Positions 19,035-28,691 of a stretch of DNA of 54,958 nt are shown here, piece by piece. This DNA comes from a virus (Duplodnaviria > Caudoviricetes): positions 1 to 54,958 of the IMG/VR virus record IMGVR_UViG_3300020214_002535, one strand, 5' to 3'. The notes under the pieces are model-generated. The model had not been told where the DNA came from and made no database searches. It saw only the letters and a list, made by a program, of their open reading frames with translations. Made by a program: the position numbers and the translations under genes. Each line of letters opens with the position of its first letter. Positions within the stretch are counted from its first letter, which is position 1.

Positions 19035-19280
19035 ATGAAATTACCCGTAATAAATACAACTTGTTTTGAAGCTCACTCAAATTATAAAGTTAACTGTCAA
19101 AAAAAAAGCTGCCGACATTACGTTGAAAATGTTGACAGCTTTAATTGTGTTGTTATAGCTTCTCAAAATGGTCCGTATACTCTTCAAAAGATTGGAAAAA
19201 TTTACGGGTTAACTAGAATGAGAATTTGTCAAATTGAAAAAAACATCATTCAAAAGATAAAGAACTCAATTTTGATTTAA
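19035..19280 (+). CDS. Small Cys-rich protein with a sigma-70 region 4-like HTH
   Basis: YTLQKIGKIYGLTRMRICQIEK matches the region 4.2 pattern TLEEIG..FGVTRERIRQIE; N-terminal Cys/His cluster. Confidence 0.8.
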   Translation: MKLPVINTTCFEAHSNYKVNCQKKSCRHYVENVDSFNCVVIASQNGPYTLQKIGKIYGLTRMRICQIEKNIIQKIKNSILI

Positions 19281-19676
19281 TCATTTCTTTTTCTTTTTTG
19301 TCTTTTTTGTTGTTACCTCATCATTCACAGCAATTTCTTCTGACTTAATTTCTTCTTCAATTACCGAACCATTTGCAACCTTTGTTGCAATAGATGGTAT
19401 TAAAAATCCATCTTGCTCTTCAACTATATCAGCTGGTTTTAAACCATTGACTATATCGTTGATATTAGATTCAAAACTCTCCTCTAACTTATCATTTTTA
19501 AATTGAGATTTTTGTGTACTAACAAAAACGACTTTTTCTTCTTGATGTACGTTTACATCAAGATCTTTTTTATGTTTAATAATTCTTCTAGACTTATCCA
19601 AAGATGTATACATGCTCTTTGGATCTAATTTTCTTTCAAAAACATCTATCAATATTGCTCTACGATTACCACGCAT
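19281..19676 (-). CDS. Hypothetical protein, acidic body with Lys-rich tail
   Basis: ORF with strong Shine-Dalgarno GAGGTGA upstream. Confidence 0.65.
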   Translation of the reverse strand: MRGNRRAILIDVFERKLDPKSMYTSLDKSRRIIKHKKDLDVNVHQEEKVVFVSTQKSQFKNDKLEESFESNINDIVNGLKPADIVEEQDGFLIPSIATKVANGSVIEEEIKSEEIAVNDEVTTKKTKKKKK

Positions 19677-19692
19677 CTAATCACCTCATATG

Positions 19693-19719
19693 AAAACGGG
19701 ATACACTTATATGTATCCC
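19693..19719 (-). terminator. Putative rho-independent terminator after the Hc1-like gene
   Basis: Minus strand GGGATACA-TATAAG-TGTATCCC-GTTTT: 8-bp stem with a short U tract. Confidence 0.65.
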
Positions 19720-19746
19720 ATAGTAAAAAATGGCTTTAAGAGGATT

Positions 19747-19947
19747 TCAATCCTTTTTCTTTGATTTATCAAACTCAATCGTGAATTTCACTAAATCACC
19801 AGCCTTAGCCTTTAACTCACGAAGACCTTTACGAACACGTACACCGGCAGCTGCTGTACCTTTAGCATTCTTTGCAACATCATGCTCAAGAGACTCGACT
19901 AAAGATTTAAGATCTGCCCACTTTGCTAAAACTTCATTTTCTGACAT
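19747..19947 (-). CDS. Histone H1-like Hc1-family nucleoid protein (core domain)
   Basis: DVAKNAKGTAAAGVRVRKGLRELK resembles the Hc1 motif D..K..KGNKAA..R.R; AGGAGG Shine-Dalgarno. Confidence 0.75.
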   Translation of the reverse strand: MSENEVLAKWADLKSLVESLEHDVAKNAKGTAAAGVRVRKGLRELKAKAGDLVKFTIEFDKSKKKD

Positions 19948-20001
19948 TTTAAAAATATCCTCCTGTTAACAAATATAGTCATAATGTCTAAAGAGTAAAA
20001 T

Positions 20002-21648
20002 TTAAGTTATAATGAAATCTTCAGGAAACATATTTTTATTCATCTTATAAAATCTCTCCCAATCTGAATCTAATATGTAAGAATCGGCATAATCATTTTC
20101 ATTTCTAATTGATCTTCCTAATGATTGAATTACTGATTTTGCCGTCATGTAAGGATACCAAAACTTGTTTTTTTCCATTCTTTTTTGAACAACAAGATCT
20201 CCAAGATAAGGAAAAGGAACCTTACAAATAATTTGGAATCTGCTACTATCATCCTTAAGATCAACACCTTCCATCATCGATGGACTTAGCAGAACTGTCG
20301 GCTCAATAGATTCAAGATGAATCTTTAGCATTTGATCTCTATTATAAGAATCATGCATCAATATTCTTGTAGATTGTATCGATTCATTAATGTATTTAAC
20401 AACTTTATAATTTGCACAATGGATAATTCCTTTATCGTTTGAATGTTTCTCTAATAACATTTTTACTGCTTCAGCCATGGCAGGAAGCGTTTTGTTAATG
20501 TTATTTTTTGACATCGATCCGACGGGTATAAAATGAATAGGGCGATTTTCAATTGGGAATGGAGAAGAGATATTTAAAAACGTTGTGTCTTCTTCTTTAA
20601 TTCCTAATGATTCGCAAAAAATATTTTTATCTACAATTGTCGCAGACATCAAGAGAACCCTCCCGCCATGCTTAAAAAACACATCGTGACTGTAAGGTGA
20701 AATATCAATAGGTTTAAATTCGAATTTTTTACCGGCCTTCTTGTTGTCAGGAGATGGATAAGCAACATTCATGGTCCAATTGTCAGGTTTATAGACCTCC
20801 GTGAATCGATTAATCTTACAAATATGTTTGTCCAACATTTCATACTGCTTTGAGAAAGAACCATACCCGTCGATATCTCCACTCAATTTTGCAAGAGACT
20901 TTTCGAGGTCCTTCATGTATTTTGTCGCAGACTTCTTATAGACCTTATTGACCCAATCATAGATAGATACCTGGTCGAAGTTTCGTGGTATCTTGCATTT
21001 AAGAATATCACGAGCGAACTTTTCAGAAAATGTTACTTCGATAAACTTGCCTAGTTCTGTTTCTGTATTATGAGCTTCATCTACCACAAGAAGAGCTCGA
21101 GGCTCTAACTTTCCTGCATACATCGTTTCTGCAAGAAAATAGGAAAAATTTGTCACTGAAATCGGTGAATCTATGAATGCTTGTTTTTCTAGGCTATAAG
21201 GACATTGAGTCTTGCATTGCTTTTGAAACTCAGAACCATTCAAATGCTTTGCAAGATTGCTAAGAATTCTTTTAGATTCTGAGCAAGACTGATCTGAATA
21301 GAAAGAACATTGGTAATTCAAGCTTGACTTAATCGATCTAACCAGACAAGTCTTATTTGGTCCTCCTCCAAAGTCTCTAAGATATTGCTCTTGTAAGATT
21401 TTTTGTGTTGTGATTACATAAGAACCTGTTTGTAAATCTCCTTTTTCATCTCTAATTGGAGAGCCATGAGCTTCCATATATCTAGAGATCGTAATCCCAA
21501 TTGCAGATTTACCTACACCGGTACCTAATTCTAATATTACGCATTTTTTTCCTAATTCATAAGCATCAATTGCAAACTCGATCGCTTTAGCTTGCTCTTT
21601 TCTAATCTTTTCAAACGGAAAATATTTTACGTAATCATGAAATGGCAT
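20002..21648 (-). CDS. DinG/YoaA/Rad3-family SF2 helicase with Fe-S cysteines
   Basis: Q motif IRKEQ, ELGTGVGKS, three Cys ending in CPY, VVDEAHN, LMSAT, EGVD, KVPFP, QSLGRSIR. Confidence 0.92.
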   Translation of the reverse strand: MPFHDYVKYFPFEKIRKEQAKAIEFAIDAYELGKKCVILELGTGVGKSAIGITISRYMEAHGSPIRDEKGDLQTGSYVITTQKILQEQYLRDFGGGPNKTCLVRSIKSSLNYQCSFYSDQSCSESKRILSNLAKHLNGSEFQKQCKTQCPYSLEKQAFIDSPISVTNFSYFLAETMYAGKLEPRALLVVDEAHNTETELGKFIEVTFSEKFARDILKCKIPRNFDQVSIYDWVNKVYKKSATKYMKDLEKSLAKLSGDIDGYGSFSKQYEMLDKHICKINRFTEVYKPDNWTMNVAYPSPDNKKAGKKFEFKPIDISPYSHDVFFKHGGRVLLMSATIVDKNIFCESLGIKEEDTTFLNISSPFPIENRPIHFIPVGSMSKNNINKTLPAMAEAVKMLLEKHSNDKGIIHCANYKVVKYINESIQSTRILMHDSYNRDQMLKIHLESIEPTVLLSPSMMEGVDLKDDSSRFQIICKVPFPYLGDLVVQKRMEKNKFWYPYMTAKSVIQSLGRSIRNENDYADSYILDSDWERFYKMNKNMFPEDFIIT

Positions 21649-21687
21649 ACCGGCAAGGTATAAATTTTACCTAAACCAGATAATTGT

Positions 21688-22284
21688 TCATTGACCAATA
21701 ATCTTATCAACAATGCCTAACTTAATAGCATCTTCTGCAGAAAGATAATAATCATGACCAGATTTCATAATTGATTCAATATGTTCTACTGTCATATTCG
21801 TTTCTTTTTGTAGAGCATTTGTCATAAGATGATGTAATCTCTTATGTTCATTTGTCTCATTTACTGACTCAAAAACGTTTCCGTAAAATCCGCCTGAAAT
21901 TGGATGCATCATAAGTCTCGCAGATGAACCAATCATTCTCTTTCCTTTTACTCCAGAAGCAAGTAAAAGAACTCCAGCTGACATGACTTTTCCTAATGCG
22001 ATTGTATGAACTGGACATGGCAAGAATCTTATTGTGTCATAAAGAGAAAACATTTCATCTACAGATCCACCATATGTTGATACGACTAAATGAATTGGCT
22101 TATGATTTTGATTGGCAAGATATAATAATTGTACTATGGTTGCGGCAATTGATTGCTCACTTACTCCTCCATATAGAACAACGATTCTTGAATCTGTACC
22201 ATGGTTAACCAACATCCCTGGATCAAATTCGTCAGAATTTGTTTTTGAAACTAATTTATTTTGAGGTTCAGCTGATCGTCCCAT
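21688..22284 (-). CDS. clpP: ClpP-family protease
   Basis: STYGGSV, GKVMSAG (Ser), MMHP (His), HDYYLSAEDA.KLGIVDKI (Asp). Probable start ATG 22284; the ORF track starts at 22326. Confidence 0.92.
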   Translation of the reverse strand: MGRSAEPQNKLVSKTNSDEFDPGMLVNHGTDSRIVVLYGGVSEQSIAATIVQLLYLANQNHKPIHLVVSTYGGSVDEMFSLYDTIRFLPCPVHTIALGKVMSAGVLLLASGVKGKRMIGSSARLMMHPISGGFYGNVFESVNETNEHKRLHHLMTNALQKETNMTVEHIESIMKSGHDYYLSAEDAIKLGIVDKIIGQ

Positions 22285-22513
22285 TATTTTCCTTTTTTGA
22301 TGAAATAAAAATATCTTCTCCTGCAATTTCTTTTATAACATCTGCTAGCGCCTGTACATGCTCAATATTTTCAAGTTCTAAAGACAATAGGTAAATTAAA
22401 AACATATGTTGCCTTTGGGTCAAGCCTACGTTTAAAATTTCTCTAACTATCCTTCGACAGTCTTCATTTTCACAAGCCAGTTTTTCAGAATTTAGCTGAC
22501 CATAAGTTTGCAT
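22268..22513 (-). CDS. Hypothetical protein
   Basis: 81-aa ORF packed between neighbours on the coding strand. Confidence 0.65.
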   Translation of the reverse strand: MQTYGQLNSEKLACENEDCRRIVREILNVGLTQRQHMFLIYLLSLELENIEHVQALADVIKEIAGEDIFISSKKENNGTIS

Positions 22514-22520
22514 ATTTTAC

Positions 22521-22991
22521 CTAGACATTTTCTTTTCTAATGTGAGTATCTACCTTAAATAAAGATTCTCCTAAAATTCTAACATACTTGATTATTCTAT
22601 TATCATCTTCTAAATCGCTGGTTAAGATTATAAAATCTCCCCACCTTTTATTTTCAATTACAAATTGTGAATGTTCCCATGTAGGTAAATCACAATTATG
22701 TCTTTCAAGTATGGAAATAAGCGATTGATTCATACTTGGTTTTATGTCATCAATCGTTAAAATAGATGACATTGCTTCTTTACCAGGCATTATTTCAGAG
22801 GTGCATATGTCAGTAACCTTATGGATTATTCCGCAGTTGTTACATTGAGAAAATTTATGCTTTACAACATCGTTTTCTATAGTCGAAAAAACTAAAAATC
22901 TATGTTGTTTTTTTTCTATGTCAGTAGAGTTTTTAAACTGTGGTAAAACGCATCTACAACTTATAAGATGCTTTTGTCCAGTAGTCGACAT
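22521..22991 (-). CDS. Hypothetical protein with a possible Zn ribbon
   Basis: CRC...CNNCG..H...C pattern. Confidence 0.65.
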   Translation of the reverse strand: MSTTGQKHLISCRCVLPQFKNSTDIEKKQHRFLVFSTIENDVVKHKFSQCNNCGIIHKVTDICTSEIMPGKEAMSSILTIDDIKPSMNQSLISILERHNCDLPTWEHSQFVIENKRWGDFIILTSDLEDDNRIIKYVRILGESLFKVDTHIRKENV

Positions 22992-23004
22992 AAAAAATTA
23001 AAAA

Positions 23005-23274
23005 TTATTTTCTTTTTTTTAAAGATGATTCACTTGGACTTAGTTTTTTTTTAACTTCTTCATCAAGAAGTTTTTCAAACTTATTCGAAGTACTTTTATG
23101 ACTTTTTGAATATGCCTCTGAAATAGAAGCATCGATTAAAGAGAAAAGTTTTGGAAGAGAATCTTGATTTAAATCTAACTGTTTTGAAGAAACAGCAGAA
23201 GTTATATTTTGTTTAATCATATCTTTAGTTACTTCAACTAATTCCCAAGAAAGCTTATCTAAATTGTTATTCAT
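23005..23274 (-). CDS. Hypothetical protein
   Basis: 89-aa ORF with a promoter-like element upstream. Confidence 0.6.
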   Translation of the reverse strand: MNNNLDKLSWELVEVTKDMIKQNITSAVSSKQLDLNQDSLPKLFSLIDASISEAYSKSHKSTSNKFEKLLDEEVKKKLSPSESSLKKRK

Positions 23275-23315
23275 ACATTATATGATAGTCTTTTTTATTA
23301 AAAAGTAAATAAAAA

Positions 23316-24515
23316 TTAAACAATAGTTGCCCCTATATTTTTTATTTGCAATAAAAAATTTTCAGAAAGTTTTTTTGAAATTTGTAATGTAGCATTTAGC
23401 ATTACTTTGTCATTTTTTAAAACTATTCCATAGTCCAGCATAGATCTAATTGAACGTAAAGATCTATCAATAAACTGTCGTTTTAAAATATACGATGAGT
23501 CGTCGGCGAGCCTTATTATGACGTTTATTCCAGATAGAGATCTAATTCTACAAATTAAAAGATTTTCTATATCTTCATTTGAAGATTTTACTTTTTGCAG
23601 CAAATTATTGATGTGCACACTAACATTTCTTTTTGAACTTGAATTTTTTATTACTATAGAATCATGAATTATCGTTACTTCATCGAGCTGAATAGCATCA
23701 GATATTTTTATAGAAGATATTAGTTCTCCAAGATTACAAGAAACTGGATTTGTTAAAGACACAGTTGACATGTCAACTATCGTATTAATTCCTTCTAGAT
23801 CAAAATTTATTATTATTGGATATACAAACATCGTTGATCGATCACGATTGACTTTTATTGTATTTAAAACATCATCATGCATTCCTCTAGAAACAAGCAA
23901 AATTTGTTCTTTAGTGTCTGAGGCTCCTTCGAATAACGTGTTAATTTCTGAGACAGATTCGATATATCCATCAATTAAAATTATTTTTGGTTTTGTTAAT
24001 CTTATCGAAGATAAACCTATAGGTTTATGTTTAAAAGTATAACCTTCTATTAGTTCTATAGAGTTGTAATCATTACTACTTTTTTCAACTGTTATTTTAC
24101 CAGCAAATCCAGCTAAATCAATTGCTTCTAACGTAAGATCAACCAAAGATTTATCATCGGTTTCATTTGAAATTAACGAAGAAAAATCTTCAAATTTAGG
24201 ACATAATACACACAATTCTTCTTTAAAAGAATCATTATGAACGATGTTTTTTGATATAAGTTCGAGCGTTAAATAAAATCCGCCAGGAGAAATACTTTCT
24301 GCTTTAAAGCAATAATCAATTAAGATTTTATGAATTAATTTCTTTAATTTATTTTCATATTTTTTATTGACGCATGCTTGAATATCTGTTTTTAATAAAA
24401 TTTTTTCTTTTTCTGATTGCAAAAAAGAATTATTTTCTATTGAAATAAGATTTTTTAAATCTTGAATAACATCACAAATAGATAGCCTGATATCATCAGC
24501 AAAAAAAACAGACAT
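23316..24515 (-). CDS. Degenerate GroEL/Cpn60-like chaperonin (apical and intermediate domains)
   Basis: AG..GKITVEKS...IELIEGYTF...PKIILIDGYIESVSEI...ILLVSRG...DVLNTIKVN...RIRSLSG...IIRL follows the GroEL apical region. The GDGTTT motif is absent and the protein is only 399 aa. Confidence 0.7.
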   Translation of the reverse strand: MSVFFADDIRLSICDVIQDLKNLISIENNSFLQSEKEKILLKTDIQACVNKKYENKLKKLIHKILIDYCFKAESISPGGFYLTLELISKNIVHNDSFKEELCVLCPKFEDFSSLISNETDDKSLVDLTLEAIDLAGFAGKITVEKSSNDYNSIELIEGYTFKHKPIGLSSIRLTKPKIILIDGYIESVSEINTLFEGASDTKEQILLVSRGMHDDVLNTIKVNRDRSTMFVYPIIINFDLEGINTIVDMSTVSLTNPVSCNLGELISSIKISDAIQLDEVTIIHDSIVIKNSSSKRNVSVHINNLLQKVKSSNEDIENLLICRIRSLSGINVIIRLADDSSYILKRQFIDRSLRSIRSMLDYGIVLKNDKVMLNATLQISKKLSENFLLQIKNIGATIV

Positions 24516-24546
24516 AAGTAAACTTTACGCTACGCAACGTAAATGT

Positions 24547-25182
24547 TTAAATAAACTTAACATGTTCCGATATAAAATTGTATACTAGCTTTCCTAATAA
24601 GCTAACTATAGCTCCGCCTAAAGATACTATCACCCATTTGGTAGCAGCATTATATTTCAAAATTGAAGCTTGAAGATCACGTATCATCGACTCATGCTCT
24701 AAAAGAAGTTTATCATTTTTTCCATCTTTTTCTTCATCTTTTACAGCTGTTTTCTCTTCAGATGATTTCCAAATTTTTATTTCTTGAACGTCTTTTTCTA
24801 AAGATTCAATAGATTCTTCTGAAGCACAATCATTTTCAATTTTTTTTACCCTTGCGTATAATCCTTTGTCTGGTTCGTATAAAACATCATGAATTTGATC
24901 AACTTTTTGTACTAATTTAGTTTGAGATTCTTCTATGTTTTCAATCTTATACATCAATGTAGTAAATCCGCCGTTCATCGACGGAGCCGCTAAAATCTTG
25001 TCTTGCATTTCAAGTATTTGTCGATAATTATTTTCGATTAAGTCGATAGCTTTTTTTGATATGGGTTCAAAATTTTCAATAAGTTTATCTTCTTTGTCAG
25101 ACCCACTTTTTTTATAGACTTTTTTTGCTTTACTTTCGAGTTGAATGTCTTGTGCTGTTTTTTTCTTTCTTGGCATATACAT
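24547..25182 (-). CDS. Coiled-coil protein with a C-terminal transmembrane helix
   Basis: Charged heptad-rich body; hydrophobic WVIVSLGGAIVSLLGKLVY. Confidence 0.6.
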   Translation of the reverse strand: MYMPRKKKTAQDIQLESKAKKVYKKSGSDKEDKLIENFEPISKKAIDLIENNYRQILEMQDKILAAPSMNGGFTTLMYKIENIEESQTKLVQKVDQIHDVLYEPDKGLYARVKKIENDCASEESIESLEKDVQEIKIWKSSEEKTAVKDEEKDGKNDKLLLEHESMIRDLQASILKYNAATKWVIVSLGGAIVSLLGKLVYNFISEHVKFI

Positions 25183-25298
25183 TCTCTCTATTAGTGCTAA
25201 GATAAAAATCTAGAATAGAAGATCTATATTGATCTAGATTAATTTGATCTTTAAATATTAAGATTTAGATCTTATTTCTAATAAACGAGGAACAAAAA
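25183..25298. promoter_or_regulatory. AT-rich divergent intergenic region with clustered GATCT/TCTAGA motifs (candidate origin or divergent promoter)
   Basis: GATCT at 25221, 25231, 25246 and 25268; TCTAGA at 25209 and 25233; lies at the coding-strand switch. Confidence 0.5.
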
Positions 25299-27233
25299 GT
25301 GAGTAATTTTAACGAAAGCATTTTTAGCGTCCCACAACCTAAAATTTCTATTCCAGAAAATGTTAAAGTCGTTTTTGTTGCAGACTTATTCGCGGAACAT
25401 TATGTAGGCGGAGCAGAGCTAACCACACAGGCTCTCATAGATGAATGTCCTCTTCCTTATGTTAAAATTCTATCCAGGGACCTTAACGTAGGACTCCTTA
25501 AAGAAGGTGTCGATAAGTTTTGGGTCTTTGGAAACTTTGCTCAGATTAATCCTGAGTTGATTCCTAGCATCATAGGTAACCTGAAGTACACGGTCCTCGA
25601 GTACGATTACAAATATTGTCGTTACCGTTCCCCAGAAAAACATGAGGCTGCCGCAGGTAAGCCTTGTGATTGTCAGGAACAGATGAACGGAAAGCTTATC
25701 TCCGCTTTCTACTACGGTTCCAGGGGTCTATGGTGGATGTCTGAGGCACAAAAAGAGTGGTACCTCAAGCTGTTCCCCTTTTTATCTGAAAAAAATAATG
25801 TGGTTTTATCTAGCGTATTTTCGAAGAATACTCTAGGGACAATCAAGTTCCTTCGGGCACAGGTTTCTAACTCCTCAGTGGAAAGAAAAGGGTGGATTGT
25901 TCTTGGATCAGATTCTTGGGTAAAAGGTGCTGACGATGCCAAGAAATGGTGTGAAGAAAACGGTAAAGAGCATGAAGTAGTTTGGAACGTTCCTTATGAG
26001 GTCATGTTGGATAAGCTTGCTCGTGCCGAAGGATTCGTTTATCTTCCCAAAGGAAAAGATACGTGTCCTCGCATGGTCATCGAAGCCAAGTTGTTAGGTT
26101 GTAAGTTACACCTCAATGACAATGTTCAGCATGGTAAAGAAGACTGGTTTGCAACGGATGACATCGAATCAATTGAAGAATATCTTTTTGCAGCACCGGG
26201 ACTTTTCTGGGCCGGTGTCAAGTCAATGATGGAATATCGTCCTTCAATCAGCGGTTATACAACAGTTCTCAACTGCATCAAACAAGAGTATCCATTTGAG
26301 CAATGCATCGCATCAATGTTGCCATTTTGTGAAGAGGTTTGCGTTGTTGACGGTGGTTCAACAGATGGTACTTGGGAAAAATTGACTGAGTGGGCCAAAC
26401 AGGAATCAAAGTTAAAAATCAAGCAAGTCACTCGTGATTGGAATCATCCAAGGTTTGCTGTGTTCGATGGAATGCAAAAGGCTGAAGCACGAGCAATGTG
26501 TAAGTCGACATTCTGTTGGCAAATGGATTCTGATGAAATTGTTCACGAAGACGACATTCAAAAGATAATTGATTTGTGTTCCAAATTTCCGGTCGGGGTC
26601 GATCTCATTTCCCTCCCTGTCGTCGAATATTGGGGTGGATCAGAAAAAGTTCGTGTTGATATTATGCCGTGGAAGTGGCGTTTAAGCAGAAACAAGCCTA
26701 ACATCACACATGGTATACCGGTCGACCTTCGTCGTCACGATGAAAACGGTCATCTTTATGCAGCTGAAGGAACAGACGGTTGTGATATGATTGATGCTAG
26801 TACAGGTGAAAGAATTAATCATGTCAGTTTTTATTCTCCTGAAGCAGATCAAGCACGTCGAGCGGTGATGCTAGGAAACTCTGCAGCATTAAGCGATTAT
26901 AACAATTGGTTTAATAATGTCATCGAAAACTTACCTGGGGTTTTTCATTACAGTTGGTATGATCTTGAGAGAAAAATGAAACTGTATCGTGATTATTGGA
27001 CACGACATTGGGAATCATTATCAGGTAAGAAGTATGAAGACACCGCGCAAACAAATATGATGTTTGATGCTCCATGGTCAAAAGTCACAGATGAGATGAT
27101 AAAGTTACGTGCCGATGAGTTGAAGACCAAGTTAGGCGGGTGGATTTGGCATCGAAAGTGGGATGGTACAACTACAACACCCCACCTTACAATCAACAGA
27201 ATGCAACCCAAAATTATGCTAAACAAGGTGTGA
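25299..27233 (+). CDS. Two-domain glycosyltransferase (GT-B/GT4-like N-terminus + GT2 C-terminus)
   Basis: GGAE, KG, DTCPRMVIEAKLLG (GT4-like); VCVVDGGSTDGT and WQMDSDE (GT2 DxD); GTG start with GAGG Shine-Dalgarno. Confidence 0.85.
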   Translation: MSNFNESIFSVPQPKISIPENVKVVFVADLFAEHYVGGAELTTQALIDECPLPYVKILSRDLNVGLLKEGVDKFWVFGNFAQINPELIPSIIGNLKYTVLEYDYKYCRYRSPEKHEAAAGKPCDCQEQMNGKLISAFYYGSRGLWWMSEAQKEWYLKLFPFLSEKNNVVLSSVFSKNTLGTIKFLRAQVSNSSVERKGWIVLGSDSWVKGADDAKKWCEENGKEHEVVWNVPYEVMLDKLARAEGFVYLPKGKDTCPRMVIEAKLLGCKLHLNDNVQHGKEDWFATDDIESIEEYLFAAPGLFWAGVKSMMEYRPSISGYTTVLNCIKQEYPFEQCIASMLPFCEEVCVVDGGSTDGTWEKLTEWAKQESKLKIKQVTRDWNHPRFAVFDGMQKAEARAMCKSTFCWQMDSDEIVHEDDIQKIIDLCSKFPVGVDLISLPVVEYWGGSEKVRVDIMPWKWRLSRNKPNITHGIPVDLRRHDENGHLYAAEGTDGCDMIDASTGERINHVSFYSPEADQARRAVMLGNSAALSDYNNWFNNVIENLPGVFHYSWYDLERKMKLYRDYWTRHWESLSGKKYEDTAQTNMMFDAPWSKVTDEMIKLRADELKTKLGGWIWHRKWDGTTTTPHLTINRMQPKIMLNKV

Positions 27234-27234
27234 G

Positions 27235-27951
27235 ATGAAAGGAATCATTTTAACAGGCGGAATTAGCAGCCGATTACAACCTCTTACTAAGTTTACAAGT
27301 AAATGTTTACTTCCTGTAGGAAGTAAACCTATGGTCCAATACTCCGTGGAATTATTGGTATCATCGGGTGTAAAAGATATTTGCATAATCACTAGACCAG
27401 AACACATTGATCAGTTTGCTACTTTATTTGGTATGGGAGAAAACTACGGTTGCTCAATTTATTATTGCATACAAGAAATTGCCAATGGTATAGCATCAGC
27501 AATCAAACTTTGTCAAGGATTTGTTGGAAGAGAAAAATTTGTAGTTGTATTAGGCGATAACATCTTTGAAAATAATTCAAACGTATGCAAATCGATAAAA
27601 AAGTTTGAATCATCTTTTGATGATTATGCTTTATTTACTAAAAAAGTTACAGATCCGCAAAGGTTTGGTGTCCCAGTTTACGAAAATTGCAAAATCATCG
27701 ACATAATTGAAAAGCCGAAAAATCCGACTTGTAATGAAGCGATTGTCGGCGTATATTGCTACACTCCTGAAGCGTTTGATATTATTGACACGCTTGAACC
27801 ATCAGCTAGAGGTGAGTATGAAGTAAGCGATATAAACTCTTTTATGGTAAAAAATAGAAGAGGGACATTTAATGACGTAGGTTGTGGGTGGATTGACGCA
27901 GGTACTCATGAATCTTATCGTATAGCAAATGAAATGATGAAAGATTTATAA
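27235..27951 (+). CDS. rmlA: Glucose-1-phosphate thymidylyltransferase-like sugar nucleotidyltransferase
   Basis: KGIILTGG.SSRL.PLT...SK.LLPVG.KPM, LGDNIF, IIEKP, PSARGEYEVSD, WIDAGT. Confidence 0.85.
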   Translation: MKGIILTGGISSRLQPLTKFTSKCLLPVGSKPMVQYSVELLVSSGVKDICIITRPEHIDQFATLFGMGENYGCSIYYCIQEIANGIASAIKLCQGFVGREKFVVVLGDNIFENNSNVCKSIKKFESSFDDYALFTKKVTDPQRFGVPVYENCKIIDIIEKPKNPTCNEAIVGVYCYTPEAFDIIDTLEPSARGEYEVSDINSFMVKNRRGTFNDVGCGWIDAGTHESYRIANEMMKDL

Positions 27952-27956
27952 ACATT

Positions 27957-28691
27957 ATGAATAATAAGTTTGTTTTTATTTCTCCAATGTTTAATGCGTC
28001 TGATACTCTACCTCGGATGCTTCATTCAATATGTGGTCAATCGCATGATAATTGGAAGATTATTTTAATCGATGACGTTTCTTCAAAAGAACATCGAGAA
28101 AAATCTGAAAAAATATGTAATGAGTTTAAATTACTATTAAATGGAAAATATTCAGATTGTATTATCAACATCTGGAATACGGAAAAGAAGTGGGAAGTAG
28201 CGAATGTTTTACACGGAATTTCATTATGCGATGATGATGATATCATCTGCAGAATCGACGCGGACGATTGGTTAACAGAGTTAGACTCATTAGCAATTAT
28301 TGATTCAGTTTATCAACAAGTTAATTGTGACATCTTATGGACAGCTCATCGTTGGGGATTTAGCGACAAAAATATAAGCGGTCCAATGCCACAAGAAGCT
28401 GATCCGTATAAACATCCTTGGGTTTCCAGTCACTTAAAAACATTTAGAAAAAAATTGCTAAATGAAGTAAGAGATGAAAATTATAGAGGCGAAGATGGAA
28501 ACTATATCAGAAGAGCAGGAGATCAAGCAATTTATTTACCAGCTCTTCATAATTGTAAAAAAAGAGTCTTCTTGCCTAGAGTAATGTATCATTATACAAT
28601 TAACGATATTCCTGAAACATATCAAACAAATGATGCTATATTTCAAAGGGATGAAGCTGTCTTTTTAAGGAATAGAGGATACGTAAAATGA
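27957..28691 (+). CDS. GT2 glycosyltransferase
   Basis: ISPMFN, LIDDVS, IDADDWL. Confidence 0.88.
   Translation: MNNKFVFISPMFNASDTLPRMLHSICGQSHDNWKIILIDDVSSKEHREKSEKICNEFKLLLNGKYSDCIINIWNTEKKWEVANVLHGISLCDDDDIICRIDADDWLTELDSLAIIDSVYQQVNCDILWTAHRWGFSDKNISGPMPQEADPYKHPWVSSHLKTFRKKLLNEVRDENYRGEDGNYIRRAGDQAIYLPALHNCKKRVFLPRVMYHYTINDIPETYQTNDAIFQRDEAVFLRNRGYVK

Noticed and set aside
25174-25200. CIRCE-like half-site TAGTGCTAA upstream of the arm containing the GroEL-like gene
   Set aside because: The matching TTAGCACTC half is absent at the N9 spacing
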